From: Promethearchaeota archaeon
GTDB taxonomy: Archaea; Asgardarchaeota; Lokiarchaeia; Sigyniarchaeales; SOKP01
Direction: 5' to 3'
NCBI GenBank assembly: GCA_016840085.1
Contig: JAEOTA010000014.1
Location: 31,025-95,024 of the forward strand
Length of the DNA: 64,000 nucleotides
Both the position numbers and the translations under genes were made by a program. Positions 61,715 to 64,000 of this stretch are shown in pieces. Below the pieces are notes generated by a model. It saw nothing but the letters and a program-made list of their open reading frames with translations. It did not search any database and was not told the origin of the DNA. The stretch's first letter is position 1. Each line of letters begins with the position of its first letter.

Positions 61715-63870
61715 ACGAAAAATTTAAGAAAAATAGAGTATGTTATATTAGCGACGATCCTTTTGCTTTTTTCTAGTGCCTTTATACCTACTAATCTTGT
61801 CAAAACTAAGGCAGTTGAAACAACAATTCAAGATAATAAATTAAAAAACAGTGCGGTTTCCGCTATATTTGACGGTTTATATTTGGCACATACTTTTAAT
61901 ATTTCGGGTTTTGTTATGCCCTCAGTGTTTAGATATTCTTACGTCTCAGGAGATATGTTTCATGTTGAATGGGATTTGAATTATACGATGTTTTATTCAT
62001 ATGGGATGTCAACGTCACAACCAGGATCATGGAGAATTCTGGTGGTACTGGATTTATTTTTGGAGATGGATATCATGATCCTACATGGATTTTTACTGAT
62101 GTTTCCCTTACTGATACTTTATCAATAGCTATTGATGGTATTGGGGATCATACCTTTCAAATAACGGGTGAAACTACTTATGATCTCCCTGGTGTTGGAC
62201 TTGTTGATGTTTGGATACTAGAAGACTTAACATATCCTGGTGAAATTGTCTGGTATGAAAAGAGCACTGGAATTCTTTTAAATGGAACATTTAGGTGGAG
62301 TTCAACAGATTATTATATTTATGATTTTGTATTTACTAATGCTTTTGGTGTTGCTCATGATTTAGATGTCTCATTAGAAGTCCCAGATACTCCGAAAATA
62401 TTTGAGACTTTTACCATAAGTGCCACGGCTACTAATACAGGTGAAAATGCTGAAACTGGTGTAGACTTGTATCTCTATCTTGATAATGTTATTGTTGATT
62501 CAATCACTGATTATAGTCTTTCTATTGGTGAAAATGCAACAATTAATTATGAATGGACTCCAACTGAAATGAAGCTATACAATTTTACAGCATACGCTCC
62601 ACCTGTGTCTGGTGAGTCATATTTTGATAATAATTACGCTACTGAGATAATAAATTCCTATATAAATTACACTATGTTTCCAGGACATCCTTATAGTTGG
62701 ATAAGTGCTTCTGGTGGTACAGAGTTATTTTTAGGGGATGATGATTATACTGATATCCTTTTACCTTTTAACTTTACTTTTTATGATCAAACATTTTCTA
62801 CTATTTATTTGAGCTCTAATGGATATCTTAGTTTCACAGATACATCACCTACAGATTTCTCTAACGATGATATTCCTTCAGATGATACAGATCATTATTA
62901 CCTAATTGCACCATTTTGGGATGATATTTATCCACCAGATGGAGGCCATATCTATAATCAATCATTTGGGACTTATTGGGTGGCAGCATGGGTGGACATA
63001 TATCATATAGGCGGTGATATTATAGGATCGTTTGAAGTAGTTTTATATGATTCAGGTGAAATCGTGTTTAATTATGATTATCTCAATTATACTGATGGTG
63101 AGTATACATGTGGGTTAAACTTAGGTGTGGATACACATTATTATAATTCATATCAAGGTTTGGATAATTTAACAGACGATTTTGCAATACGTTTCTCTCC
63201 GGATGCTCTCCATATTACTAATCCTGATAGTTCCAGTCTTTGGATAACAGGCACTTCAGAAGATATTAATTGGGCTTCAACAGGCACTATTTCAAATGTA
63301 AAAATTGAACTCTTTAAAGCTGATATATTTGAAATGGAAATTATTGCAAGCACAGCCAACGATGGCGAATATACTTGGACAATACCATCAGGACTCAATG
63401 ATTCTACGCAATATCAAATAAAAATCTCTGACGCTTCTGATCCGTTAACATATGATTATTCACCAAATTTTGAAATATTCACTCCTACTATCACTATTCT
63501 TACTCCTGATAGTTCCAGTGTTTGGAAAACCGGTACTTCTCAAAACATTAATTGGACTTCAACAGGTAATATTTCAAATGTAAAAATTGAACTCTATAAA
63601 GAGGGTGTATTAGAACTGGAAATTGTCGCTAGCACAGACAACGACGGCAATTTTATCTGGGCAGTGCCTAAAGAGCTTAAAACATCTGACCAATATCAAA
63701 TAAAAATCATAGATGCGTCCAATCCTTCCATATTCGCTCTTAGTGATTATTTCAAGATAAAGAAACCTAAAGATGTAATTCCAGGTTACAATATTTATAT
63801 TTTAGTAGGCTTACTAAGTATTGTATGTATTATTCTCATTAAAAGGCGACACAAAATAACAAATAAATAA
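61715..63870 (+). pseudogene. Secreted cell-surface protein (CARDB-like, nidogen/NIDO-like, two Ig-like repeats, C-terminal IPGY-TM anchor); ACG start and frameshift near 62000
   Basis: Signal peptide KNLRKIEYVILATILLLFSSA in the frame of 61763-62128; switches to the frame of 61969-63870 at WDVNVTTR; LPFNFTFY..SSNGYLSF..IAPFWDD. Confidence 0.72.
63214..63760 (+). repeat. Two tandem ~94-aa Ig-like repeats (period 282 nt)
   Basis: CCTGATAGTTCCAGT at 63223 and 63505; both encode I.WxSTGxISNVKIEL..NDG...W..P..YQIKI.DAS.P. Confidence 0.85.
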
Positions 63871-64000
63871 AAAATTAATTGAGTAAATTTTAACTTTTAA
63901 TTTTTTTATTTTTTTTACTTATTCTTGTATTAATTACTTCCTTTATAATAGTTCCATACCTATTAGATTTATGTCGTGCGATTTGAGCCCTCCATTACAA

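Noticed and set aside
2202-63398. Many short antisense or nested ORFs in the track (e.g. 2977-3336, 5049-5375, 18647-18934, 52682-53062)
   Set aside because: Shadow frames of well-supported genes
63900-64000. Possible 3' end of a minus-strand gene at the window edge
   Set aside because: Too short; reading frame cannot be determined

Overview
AT-rich, gene-dense archaeal chromosome segment, most consistent with Asgard archaea (Lokiarchaeia/Promethearchaeia). This is inferred from a Rab-like small GTPase, two longin-domain proteins, a C4C4 RING protein, a Bud23-like methyltransferase, archaeal uS10, GGTGA-type SD motifs and a C-terminal 'IPGY'-TM-basic sorting tail. Metabolic content: pepF, fused guaA, nfnAB followed by three tandem glutamate dehydrogenases, URO-D-like and Ldh2 paralog pairs, mtnA, glgP, acyl-CoA ligase, CDF/MFS/SLC13 transporters. 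An SRP RNA not shown in the ORF track lies at about 30670-30985 on the minus strand. The best candidate for an undescribed system is at 58.9-63.9 kb: a winged-HTH regulator, a 7-TM/longin fusion and a secreted adhesin-like protein. There, three copies of a 20-bp motif each sit exactly 3 nt before a TATA box, and one copy precedes a possible hairpin RNA. Also notable are four apparent non-AUG starts (ATA/ATT/ATT/ACG) with consistent SD spacing, three disrupted envelope genes, and a PIN toxin module bounded by a 17-bp direct repeat. No rRNA, tRNA, CRISPR array or transposase was recognised. All family calls come from motif recognition by eye, not from database searches.
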